The notes under the pieces are model-generated. The model had not been told where the DNA came from. It saw only the letters and a list, made by a program, of their open reading frames with translations, and ran no database searches. From an uncultured Aminicenantes bacterium (lineage in GTDB: Bacteria; Acidobacteriota; Aminicenantia; UBA2199): DNA of 64,000 bases. The stretch covers positions 8,257-72,256 of the forward strand of contig CBDAFS010000003.1 of NCBI GenBank assembly GCA_965195285.1. Direction: 5' to 3'. Of this stretch, positions 1-8,313 are shown one piece after another; within the stretch, counting starts at the first letter, position 1; every line of letters starts with the position of its first letter. Made by a program: the position numbers and the translations under genes.

Positions 1-2
1 CG

Positions 3-608
3 ATCAACCAGATCAAACCATTCTTCATCCTGGTATTGAGACAGCCATTTCTGTTTTTTCTTTTTGTTTCTGATAAATTCAAACATAAAAAACATCACAA
101 AAATAAGGTAAAACAATCCTCCGCTGATGAAAGCCCAGGCCTGCTTAGACATTAAAAAAGCCGAATAAACAATGAGAACGGTATGAAAAAGAAACAGGAA
201 AAATATGATTTTTAAACTTCTATTGAACTGATTTAGGCCTTGATCATCCAGCTGGATATTCTTCATATACCTTTTGGAAATCAACAGGATAATATTTGTG
301 GGCGAATAAATGGAAATCCCCAGGATAGTACAAAATATCAACTCAATAATGGCCGGCTTCAGTTTAAAGAATATTTCATTTTCAAGCAAAATCGAAATCA
401 TTCCCAGCACCACAATCAGTCCGATATCCAGCAGGATGAACTTATCAACAATTTTTTCCTTTATATATGAAAATATGAATTCAACGAGACCAAAACCAAT
501 GGCAATCATGAGCCCCACCCGGGTGCCCCATATGGAATCAGCTACAATGAAAATGATCAAAGGCAAAAATCCCGGGGCCAGGCTCTTGAGCAGTTTTAAT
601 TGATCCAT
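3..608 (-). CDS. Partial (runs off window) membrane protein, IspA/YciB-like N-terminus probably fused to a NUDIX hydrolase
   Basis: Not in the ORF track. Manual translation from ATG at 608 gives MDQLKLLKSLAPGFLPLIIFIVADSIWG...FFKLKPAII...QYQDEEWFDLVD, with several TM helices and no stop before the window edge; EEWFDLVD resembles the start of IDI-like NUDIX domains. Confidence 0.65.
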   Translation of the reverse strand, partial: MDQLKLLKSLAPGFLPLIIFIVADSIWGTRVGLMIAIGFGLVEFIFSYIKEKIVDKFILLDIGLIVVLGMISILLENEIFFKLKPAIIELIFCTILGISIYSPTNIILLISKRYMKNIQLDDQGLNQFNRSLKIIFFLFLFHTVLIVYSAFLMSKQAWAFISGGLFYLIFVMFFMFEFIRNKKKKQKWLSQYQDEEWFDLVD

Positions 609-609
609 T

Positions 610-1539
610 TTATGATTTCATCCATCCGACATATCGACCGGCAAAACTGACAATTCTCGAACCCAGTGCAACTCCCAGTTCTTTGAGCTTTTTCTTAAAC
701 GGCAGCTTTCTTGAAATAATATAGAATGTATCTGAGATGAATTTCAGTATCATTCCACCAGTAACCAGGAACAAACCCAGTACAATATTCAAGGACCTGT
801 ATCTAAATGCTTTCAGGGATTGTCCCAGGCGGACTTTGATCCGGTACAATTCCTTGAGAGAATAATTATGAGAATGAGTGACCATTGACTTTGGTTGGTA
901 AACAATCCGGTAACCCTGATCGATGATATTTCTGGCCCAATTCTGGTCCTCGGCAATCAGTATATGGTCATCAAATGGATATTGCTTCCAAATGGACCGT
1001 GGTATGACGCAACTGACCGTCGAAAACAACAGGGAATCCCGGGAGTTAAAACGGGATATGACCTTTCGGGAATCTGGCATCGAACACCGGATATCGCGTT
1101 CCATATAAAGATGACAATCTTGTCGGGGAATATGACGGCTGAAAACACCGGCAAAGGACCGGTCTTGCTTGATACTGTCAATGAGTATCTTCAGCCAGTT
1201 TCTATTGGCCGGAATGGCATCGGCATTTAAAAAAACGATATATTCCCCTGCTGTCATTCGAGCGCCTGTGTTTCTGGTCTTTCCATGTCCGAACTCCTCC
1301 GGTTTTATGGAGACCAGTTTGACAGAGGGAAAACTTTTCACAATCCGTGTGGTTTGATCGGTTGAACCGGAATCGATTACTAAAATATCAAATTGAAGAT
1401 CTGTATTCTGGTCGAAAATGGCGTCCAGACATTTTTTTATATAGGTTTCCTCGTTTCGGGTCGGAATGATTATTGAAACATTCAATTTCATGAAAATTTT
1501 ACTTTTTACAATAACTTCATTTCTGGAAAATGATTTCAA
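610..1539 (-). CDS. Glycosyltransferase family 2 (rhamnosyltransferase-like)
   Basis: VSIIIPTRNEE, IDSGSTD, FGHGKTRN, FLNADA, AEDQ motifs; true start probably near 1491 (MKLNVSII). Confidence 0.9.
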   Translation of the reverse strand: MKSFSRNEVIVKSKIFMKLNVSIIIPTRNEETYIKKCLDAIFDQNTDLQFDILVIDSGSTDQTTRIVKSFPSVKLVSIKPEEFGHGKTRNTGARMTAGEYIVFLNADAIPANRNWLKILIDSIKQDRSFAGVFSRHIPRQDCHLYMERDIRCSMPDSRKVISRFNSRDSLLFSTVSCVIPRSIWKQYPFDDHILIAEDQNWARNIIDQGYRIVYQPKSMVTHSHNYSLKELYRIKVRLGQSLKAFRYRSLNIVLGLFLVTGGMILKFISDTFYIISRKLPFKKKLKELGVALGSRIVSFAGRYVGWMKS

Positions 1540-1636
1540 TGCAATTATGAATTATTCCTGATATTAATTCAAGACCTATCAATTGTCAATCAATTCATGA
1601 CCGCATTTCTGTTTTACTCCAGCCATCAAACCATTC

Positions 1637-1665
1637 TTGACATCCAGGAGTAAAAATGAGAGAAT
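1637..1665 (+). promoter_or_regulatory. Putative sigma70 promoter for mglA-like gene
   Basis: TTGACA (1637-1642), 17 nt spacer, GAGAAT preceded by TG. Confidence 0.45.
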
Positions 1666-1667
1666 AA

Positions 1668-2660
1668 ATGGGGAAATTCATGTTTATCAATCATACTTCA
1701 AAAGAAGTAACGGCAAAAATCGTCTATTACGGCCCCGGCTTAAGTGGAAAGACAACAAATCTGCAATATATATTTTCGGTAACCAATCCCCAATCTAGGG
1801 GCGAGCTGGTCAGTATCGAGACCGATATCGAGAGGACCCTGTTTTTCGACCTCCTGCCGATCAATGTGGGATTGGTGAAAGGATATCAGACCAAATTCCA
1901 GCTCTATACCGTGCCCGGCCAAATCTTCTATGATTCAACCCGGAAACTGGTATTGAAGGGCGCCGATGGAATTGTTTTTGTATGTGATTCCCAGGAACCC
2001 ATGGAAAAAGCCAATATTGAAAGTCTAAAAAATCTGAAATCAAATTTAAAGGAACACAATCAAAATTTGGCTGATCTCCCCTGTGTTTTTCAATACAACA
2101 AGAGGGATTTGGGTAATACACTCCCGATCAACGGCCTGAACCAACTTCTGAACAATACCAACAGACCTTTTTTTGAAGCCACGGCAACCCGAGGTGAAGG
2201 GGTTATTGAAACCCTGCGAGAAATCTCCAGCCTGACTCTTATCCAGATCAAGAAAACAATCGAACATACTAAAAATATAAAAAAGGAAAGTATTCTTATT
2301 GATTTTGATACCAATGAAAACCAGGAAATCATCAAGAAAGAAGAGCTACCTTTTAAAAAGATCTCGCTGGAAAACATCTCCAGTATAAATGATAATGAAT
2401 TTATCCTGGACCTTGACCAATTTGATGAAAGAGAGGAAGAGCTGAAGATCATTGAAAAAACAGTGAAGGATTCAGGCCTTGATCTCCTGAACACAATGGA
2501 GGATAAATCAAGAATTACCATTATCAAGAAAGTTCCGCTTCAAAATTCCGAACTGTCCATTGTAGTAAAGGATTCCAATTCCAAAACACTGGAATCCATC
2601 AACCTGGATGTAAATCCGGAAGTCAAGAAAATCACCCTGATTCTGGATGTCAAAGACTAA
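1668..2660 (+). CDS. mglA: MglA-family small Ras-like GTPase with C-terminal extension
   Basis: KIVYYGPGLSGKTTN (G1), RTLFFD, TVPGQ (G3), NKRD (G4); likely start ATG 1680 (MFINH); ~130 aa acidic tail beyond typical MglA length. Confidence 0.85.
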   Translation: MGKFMFINHTSKEVTAKIVYYGPGLSGKTTNLQYIFSVTNPQSRGELVSIETDIERTLFFDLLPINVGLVKGYQTKFQLYTVPGQIFYDSTRKLVLKGADGIVFVCDSQEPMEKANIESLKNLKSNLKEHNQNLADLPCVFQYNKRDLGNTLPINGLNQLLNNTNRPFFEATATRGEGVIETLREISSLTLIQIKKTIEHTKNIKKESILIDFDTNENQEIIKKEELPFKKISLENISSINDNEFILDLDQFDEREEELKIIEKTVKDSGLDLLNTMEDKSRITIIKKVPLQNSELSIVVKDSNSKTLESINLDVNPEVKKITLILDVKD

Positions 2661-4017
2661 AATCTATATTTCTTTTCTCATTGTACTGACCTTTAATGCC
2701 TGCTCCATGGTTCAAAGAAATTCTCCGAAAGCGGAAATCCAGCCTCTTCCCCCGTATCTGAAAAGAGCTGAAATGCAGTTTCAGAAAGGGGAGAAAAAGT
2801 TTTCGGAAGGGGATATCCAAGCTGCCAAATACCATTTTGACCGCACCATTAATATTTTACTGGACTCGGATTCAAAAAATCCGTTAATCAACAATCAGTT
2901 TAAGAATTATATCGATAAAATTTCAGAAATAGAACTCTATTACCTTCATTGTATTGAGCCCGATAACCTGGAGGAACACGAGACTTTTCTGCAGGAAGTC
3001 ATATCCTCTCCCCTATTTGTTCCCAGTGAAAGAGAGATATCAGAGGTGAAGCAAAAACTTGACCAGAAAAAACCAGAACACACCATCCCCCTTATTGTCA
3101 ACAGCAATGTGGTCTCGTTTTTGCATGCCTTTCAAACGGTTCGCAACCAGAGTATTCAGAGAGCATTAAACCGATCGGTAGAGTACTTAGATACCTTTAA
3201 GAAAATTTTTAAATCATACGAGCTTCCCGAAGAACTGATTTATATTCCCATCATTGAAAGCGGATTCCGCTATAATGCCCTTTCCAGGGCCCGGGCCCGG
3301 GGCATGTGGCAATTTATGGCTTCCACAGCCAGAATGTTTGATCTTAGGGTTGACTGGATAGTCGACGAAAGGCTCGACCCATTCAAGTCTGCCATTGCAG
3401 CGGCAAAGTATTTCAAATGTCTGTATGATGAATACGGAGACTGGTTTTTGGCACTGGCCTGCTATAATGGCGGCACCCGCAGAGTCAACAGAGCCATTTC
3501 TCAGCTCAAAACCAGAGACTTTTTCGTAATAGCCCGGACTCGTTACCTGAGACGGGAAACCCGAAATTATGTTCCGGCTTTTTTAGCCTCGGTGATTATT
3601 GCTCAATCTCCCACAGAATATGGTTTTTTTCTTCCGGAATCATCTCCCCGGTGGGCCTACACCAAAATCGTTAATATACCGTCTCCGGCAGATCTGCAGG
3701 CAGTGGCCAAAATATCCGGTATTGACTTGGAAACCATAAAGGATTTGAATCCCGATTTGATCAGAGAATTTACCCCCTTCAACAAGAAATTCCATGCGCT
3801 CAGAGTTCCGCTGAATCTGGATGAAAACCTTTTGAAGAACATCAAGAGACTTCCGCCGGAAAAAGAATATTTCGTAGGCTGGTACCGGGTCAAAAAGGGA
3901 GACAGTCTTTATAAAATTGCCAGGAAATTCGGAACCTCTGTCAAAAAGATAAAAAAGACCAATAAGTTACACTCAAATCTGATCAAACCGGGTAAACAAT
4001 TGTTAATTCCCCGGTAA
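2647..4017 (+). CDS. mltD: Membrane-bound lytic murein transglycosylase D (SLT + LysM lipoprotein)
   Basis: Lipobox FNAC; IIESGF, ARGMWQFM, LACYNGG, RETRNYVP; C-terminal LysM (YRVKKGDSLYKIARKFG). Confidence 0.9.
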   Translation: MSKTKIYISFLIVLTFNACSMVQRNSPKAEIQPLPPYLKRAEMQFQKGEKKFSEGDIQAAKYHFDRTINILLDSDSKNPLINNQFKNYIDKISEIELYYLHCIEPDNLEEHETFLQEVISSPLFVPSEREISEVKQKLDQKKPEHTIPLIVNSNVVSFLHAFQTVRNQSIQRALNRSVEYLDTFKKIFKSYELPEELIYIPIIESGFRYNALSRARARGMWQFMASTARMFDLRVDWIVDERLDPFKSAIAAAKYFKCLYDEYGDWFLALACYNGGTRRVNRAISQLKTRDFFVIARTRYLRRETRNYVPAFLASVIIAQSPTEYGFFLPESSPRWAYTKIVNIPSPADLQAVAKISGIDLETIKDLNPDLIREFTPFNKKFHALRVPLNLDENLLKNIKRLPPEKEYFVGWYRVKKGDSLYKIARKFGTSVKKIKKTNKLHSNLIKPGKQLLIPR

Positions 4018-4194
4018 ACCCCTGCTGGTTACAGCCATAAAAAAAAACATGGGGTCAGGTCTTTCATTTTAGCATTTTATTAAAGATGAACTTTAATTAA
4101 CACTTTCCATCATTCCCTTTTTTTTCGAAATCTGTTGATTGTATTATCCCAAATCCACCGCTTGAATTTCCTAATTTGATGAAAAATATGATCA

Positions 4195-4277
4195 GTAATG
4201 GGTAAGGGCAAGCCTTACCCCTACAAAAACATGAATAAAAAATGTAGGGGCAATCCCTTGCGGTTGCCCATCATTAC
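4195..4277. repeat. Inverted pair of GTAG-type REP-like palindromes
   Basis: Minus strand 4225-4200 TGTAG-GGGTAAGG-CTTGC-CCTTACCC; plus strand 4243-4269 TGTAG-GGGCAA-TCCCTTGCGG-TTGCCC; flanked by GTAATG/CATTAC. Confidence 0.65.
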
Positions 4278-4339
4278 AGGATTGTGGATTTTGGATTATG
4301 TCATCTAATTGTTTTTATTTTACTGGTTTGGTATAAGGA

Positions 4340-5413
4340 GTGATGATAAGCCAACTAAAATCGATTATCCTGAACGGACTCGATGCAATCCTGACAGATG
4401 TTGAAGTGGGATTTTCCCGGGGAATCCCGGGAGTTACCATTGTCGGACTTCCCGACAATGCCATCAAAGAGAGCCGGGAACGGATCAAACTGGCCATCAA
4501 ACATGCCGGTTTTGAATATCCGGTAGGCCAGAAAATTGTGGTCAACCTGTCACCCGCAGACCTTCGCAAGGAAGGATCTTCCCTGGACCTCCCTATTGCA
4601 GTCGGAATATTAAAAAACAAGTATGAACTGAAAAGTCCGGTTTTCAGAAATTATCTTTTTTTTGGTGAACTCAATCTGAAGGGTGATCTGAATCCGGTCC
4701 GGGGTGTTCTGAACCTGGCCTTATTTGCCAAAAAAAACGGCTTCAAAGGAGTGGTTATTCCTTACAAAAACGGTAATGAAGCGTCTTTTGTCAGCGGAAT
4801 CGATATCTATGCCTTTGAAAACCTGAAATCCGTAGTGGATTTCATTATTGCCCCGGATCAAACGCTGCCGTTCAAGGGATCCCGCATCATCAAAGCCAGT
4901 GAAAACCAGGAAGAGGATTTCAGTGAAATCAAGGGACAGTACCTGGCCAAGCGGGTTATGGAAATTGCGGCTGCCGGTTTTCATAATGTATTGATGATCG
5001 GACCGCCCGGATCCGGTAAATCCATGCTATCAAAAGCCTTACCATCCATTCTCCCGGATATGGAAGAAGAGGAGACTCTGGAAACCTCATTGATTTACAG
5101 TGCTACCGGCTATTTAAACCAGGACAACTACATTGTTTCCAAGAGGCCCTTCCGTTCTCCCCACCATACCATTTCAGACGTGGGGATCACCGGGGGCGGT
5201 AAATATCCGATCCCAGGGGAAATATCACTGGCCCACAATGGTGTACTGTTCCTGGATGAACTTCCATACTTTAAAAAAACCGCCTTAGAAGTATTAAGAC
5301 AGCCCCTGGAAAATGGAGAGATTACCATCTCCCGTTCTCTCACTACCCATACATTTCCGGCAAAATTCATGCTGGTTACGGCAATGAATCCCATCACTCC
5401 GTATTATAACTGA
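4340..5413 (+). pseudogene. comM: ComM/YifB Mg-chelatase-like AAA+ ATPase, 5' part, interrupted by integrated element
   Basis: [65 protein letters not shown]; homology ends at TAMNP (5392), then ITPYYN-stop read from element DNA. Confidence 0.95.
5377..5392 (+). repeat. Left att core, 16-bp direct repeat TACGGCAATGAATCCC
   Basis: Identical to 16499-16514; flanking bases differ on both sides. Confidence 0.95.
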
Positions 5414-5429
5414 ATCTTAGGGGTTTTGG

Positions 5430-5446
5430 GTAACGTGAGAGTAACA
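5430..5446 (+). promoter_or_regulatory. Putative integrase arm-type binding site (left)
   Basis: GTAACGTGAGAGTAACA, 15/17 identical to GTAACATGAAAGTAACA at 16354-16370 near the other end. Confidence 0.6.
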
Positions 5447-5518
5447 GAGAATTTACTATTTTCTCAATATTTAATAAACTGGGTCTTCTGAAAAACCACT
5501 AAATTGACCCCCTCCGAT

Positions 5519-5737
5519 TTACTTTTTTAATTTAACAATCTCAATTTCTCTTTTAGTGCCACAATGTAAAACTACAACATAATTATTTTCACTTTTTTCC
5601 TTTATTTCAAATAGAGAGCAACTCGATATACATTTCCTTTTATTCATAAAAGGACACATACAATTTCTGTCTCCATCTTTACCATAAACTAAATAATACA
5701 TATCCTCATCTATTGAATCTAAAAAATAGTCTTGCAT
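5519..5737 (-). CDS. Small Cys-rich hypothetical protein (element cargo)
   Basis: AAGGAGG RBS; CxCPF..C...C pattern suggests a metal-binding mini-domain. Confidence 0.65.
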   Translation of the reverse strand: MQDYFLDSIDEDMYYLVYGKDGDRNCMCPFMNKRKCISSCSLFEIKEKSENNYVVVLHCGTKREIEIVKLKK

Positions 5738-5822
5738 TTAAACCTCCTTTTATGGTTTTTAATCTCTCCGCTCCAATTATATTGATGTGAAATTATATTT
5801 CAAGTTTATATTTTGAGATATT

Positions 5823-6380
5823 CTATAAAAAGCCTTTTTGTAATTCTTTATAAGCATTTAATACATCAAGTAATGCTTGCTTTCTTTTCTTTTTAATTTT
5901 CATTTGATGATATTTTGTATCTCCAGAAAATCTAACAGCAATCTTTTGAGCTTTTGTAATTTTTTCAAGCATAGTAATATAAGATTCAGTTATCAATTTA
6001 TCATACCACTCGACTCGTCTTGGACTATGAAAAATTTCTGTTTTTCTTTTTAGTGGATCAAATTCTTTTCTAAATTTCTCATCATCAGCTTTTACAATTA
6101 TCCTGTTAAAAAAAATCCAACCATTTGGTTCAGCTTGAACTCTTAATCGTAGCAATACTTTTCCTTCTTCTGTTTTTCCAATATACAAATAAAAGCAATC
6201 ATTTCTCCTAAGCAGATTCGTGTTACTCTTGGGTGTTAATTTTGAATGATACCATGTGATTCCTTCCATATCATCTGTTTTTTTTCTCAAATTATACTTT
6301 TGCATAAAAACAGATTCATTAAATGTAAAAAGTGATAATACAAAAAACAATAAGATGATTCCTAAAAATATTTTTTTCAT
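5823..6380 (-). CDS. Exported hypothetical protein (element cargo)
   Basis: AAGGAG RBS; N-terminal signal peptide MKKIFLGIILLFFVLSLF; basic soluble domain. Confidence 0.8.
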   Translation of the reverse strand: MKKIFLGIILLFFVLSLFTFNESVFMQKYNLRKKTDDMEGITWYHSKLTPKSNTNLLRRNDCFYLYIGKTEEGKVLLRLRVQAEPNGWIFFNRIIVKADDEKFRKEFDPLKRKTEIFHSPRRVEWYDKLITESYITMLEKITKAQKIAVRFSGDTKYHQMKIKKKRKQALLDVLNAYKELQKGFL

Positions 6381-6425
6381 CTCTCACTCCTTTTTATTTA
6401 TATTAATAATACTATATCTTGATAT

Positions 6426-6467
6426 AAAAAAAAAGGGACCCCGCCCCATTTGTTAGACGGGGATCCC
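6426..6467 (-). terminator. Putative intrinsic terminator after the terminase gene string
   Basis: GC-rich hairpin GGGACCCCG...CGGGGATCCC next to an A-run on plus (U-run on minus). Confidence 0.55.
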
Positions 6468-6519
6468 CGGAGGTAAATTTATGTTACCACCCTCAAAATT
6501 TTGAAGGTTTAATTCTGTA

Positions 6520-7368
6520 TCAATCCACCGGCTGGCCAAAGGGCATGTTTGCTCTTTGAGAAAGGGGGTCCCAAAAAGGGTGTGGTTCAGGCTGTGGTGT
6601 AAATTCTACCGGGATTAAATCTTTCCCGCTTCCGGATTCCTTAAATGCTTTGACATCTTTTGAATAGGCAACGAAGCGGCCCATCGGCTCACCTTCCTTA
6701 ATAATCACCGTTGCGGAGTTATACGCTCGAACAGAAGCCCCCGGAAATACTTCAACCCTGGAATTATTGGAAGCCCTGCAGGACTGGCTTGAAGTAAAGA
6801 TATAGCCGGTTGATTTATCATGCAGATTTGTTTCAGCCCTGCAGTTACATTCCTGAATAACTTTACTGTCATTATACGCCCAGCATTGACCGCCATTCTG
6901 ATTGACCTGGGAGCGGTTCAGAGCTACAATCGCCTGACCTTCTGAGCAGGTAGCTGATCCCTTGTAAATTAAATGAGATTTTGCCCACCCAGAGAGTAAC
7001 TTCAAACATTCCTTTTTAATTTCATCGATATGAACCCAGCCGGGAATCTCAAAAGGTTGATGCCGCAACGCAAATTTCCACTGATCAAAAGGTACTAAAT
7101 AATCAGCATTGACATAACGCACCATTCCACCGGGAGCCATCCTTAAATCAACTTTGGGTCTCATCTGGCAGGCAACGAACCCCTCAAGCTGGCCAGGCCC
7201 CGCCGCCTGGACTTCATGCCAGTCAGTGAAGCCGTAAGTCTGATTTAAAAATTCCCTTTCATTAAGAAAATTGCCTCGCCTGTTATAATAATGATCAAAC
7301 CCGCCTGCCTTTTTCTTTTTTAGGATAATCAAGGCTTTTAGAAAACATTCCGACGCTGGCATGGTCAA
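6520..7368 (-). CDS. Phage-type hypothetical protein with short beta-helix-like repeats
   Basis: Repeating A-x-N/D-x-S-x-V units (ALNRSQV, AYNDSKV, ASNNSRV, AYNSATV); start overlaps the upstream stop. Confidence 0.7.
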   Translation of the reverse strand: MTMPASECFLKALIILKKKKAGGFDHYYNRRGNFLNEREFLNQTYGFTDWHEVQAAGPGQLEGFVACQMRPKVDLRMAPGGMVRYVNADYLVPFDQWKFALRHQPFEIPGWVHIDEIKKECLKLLSGWAKSHLIYKGSATCSEGQAIVALNRSQVNQNGGQCWAYNDSKVIQECNCRAETNLHDKSTGYIFTSSQSCRASNNSRVEVFPGASVRAYNSATVIIKEGEPMGRFVAYSKDVKAFKESGSGKDLIPVEFTPQPEPHPFWDPLSQRANMPFGQPVD

Positions 7369-7712
7369 TCAATTATTGGAATGGCTGGGTTTTGATTCGG
7401 ATCTGTGTAGTCAATTTCATCTGGCTTCTTTTCAGTTTCATCCGGTTCTGGTTGAAATAAATCTGAATCTGTAACGATTGCCGGGTTAAATTCCGGATTG
7501 CAATAATCAGTTTTTAGATTCAAAAATTCCTGCAAGGTTTTCATGGCCCAGCTACCCGCTTTTTCCAAAAGGACATTATCAAGGTACATTTTACCGTCTT
7601 CGTTTTGGTTCGGCCATTCTATCAACTGGCCTCCCGGAAGTTCAAGGGTGTCTGAAAATTCACCCTTTGCCTTTATCATTTGTTTTATTACGGTTTTTTC
7701 CTGTGTATACAT
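7365..7712 (-). CDS. Hypothetical protein (element)
   Basis: GAGGTG RBS, operon context, acidic Pro-rich C-terminus. Confidence 0.7.
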   Translation of the reverse strand: MYTQEKTVIKQMIKAKGEFSDTLELPGGQLIEWPNQNEDGKMYLDNVLLEKAGSWAMKTLQEFLNLKTDYCNPEFNPAIVTDSDLFQPEPDETEKKPDEIDYTDPNQNPAIPIID

Positions 7713-7723
7713 TTTATCACCTC

Positions 7724-8290
7724 TTAATTTTTCCTTATTTCCTGAGCTATAATCGCATTAAGTTTTTTCCTTTCCTCTGACAAAACCCATTCACCATTTT
7801 TTAACACATGGCCGGTTGCTTTCATTCTGATTGCCTGCTCTTCAAGTTCATAAGGTGTTTTTTCAAAACAGGCAAAGTCCTTTTTCCATACCGCCCACTT
7901 TTTATAATATGTTCCCATGGGCTTTTCCTGATCCGCAGGAATCCGTTTCCAGCCTCCTATTTTTGCAATCTCTTTTTCATGCCCCCTCATTTCCAGGGAG
8001 ACTTCCTCCAAGCGTACCCTGGCCGCATTGTATAGGCCCTGAATCCGGTTCACCTTGTCTTTTTCAATCTCGGCCTCTTTACGCTGTGTCGTTATCTTTT
8101 CCAAAGCCTCCAGCCGGGGCTTGTCTTTTTCCGCTTGCTTCTCATTTTCCTTTCTTGACTTGTCAAGCCATTTTTGATTTACATCTTTACTCTGATCTGT
8201 CATTTTGTCAAAATCAATGTCGCCAACATCCGAAGTTGAAACATTGTCTAACGGCTTTTCTTTCTTTCTGAAAATTTTTGGTACTTCCAT
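7724..8290 (-). CDS. Hypothetical coiled-coil protein (element)
   Basis: GGAGGT RBS; charged helical sequence; directly downstream of terminase. Confidence 0.75.
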   Translation of the reverse strand: MEVPKIFRKKEKPLDNVSTSDVGDIDFDKMTDQSKDVNQKWLDKSRKENEKQAEKDKPRLEALEKITTQRKEAEIEKDKVNRIQGLYNAARVRLEEVSLEMRGHEKEIAKIGGWKRIPADQEKPMGTYYKKWAVWKKDFACFEKTPYELEEQAIRMKATGHVLKNGEWVLSEERKKLNAIIAQEIRKN

Positions 8291-8313
8291 AATTTACCTC
8301 CCAGTAAATTTAT

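Noticed and set aside
240-603. Plus-strand ORFs 240-470 and 310-603, and similar short overlapping ORFs across the window
   Set aside because: Antisense or alternate-frame shadows of well-supported genes
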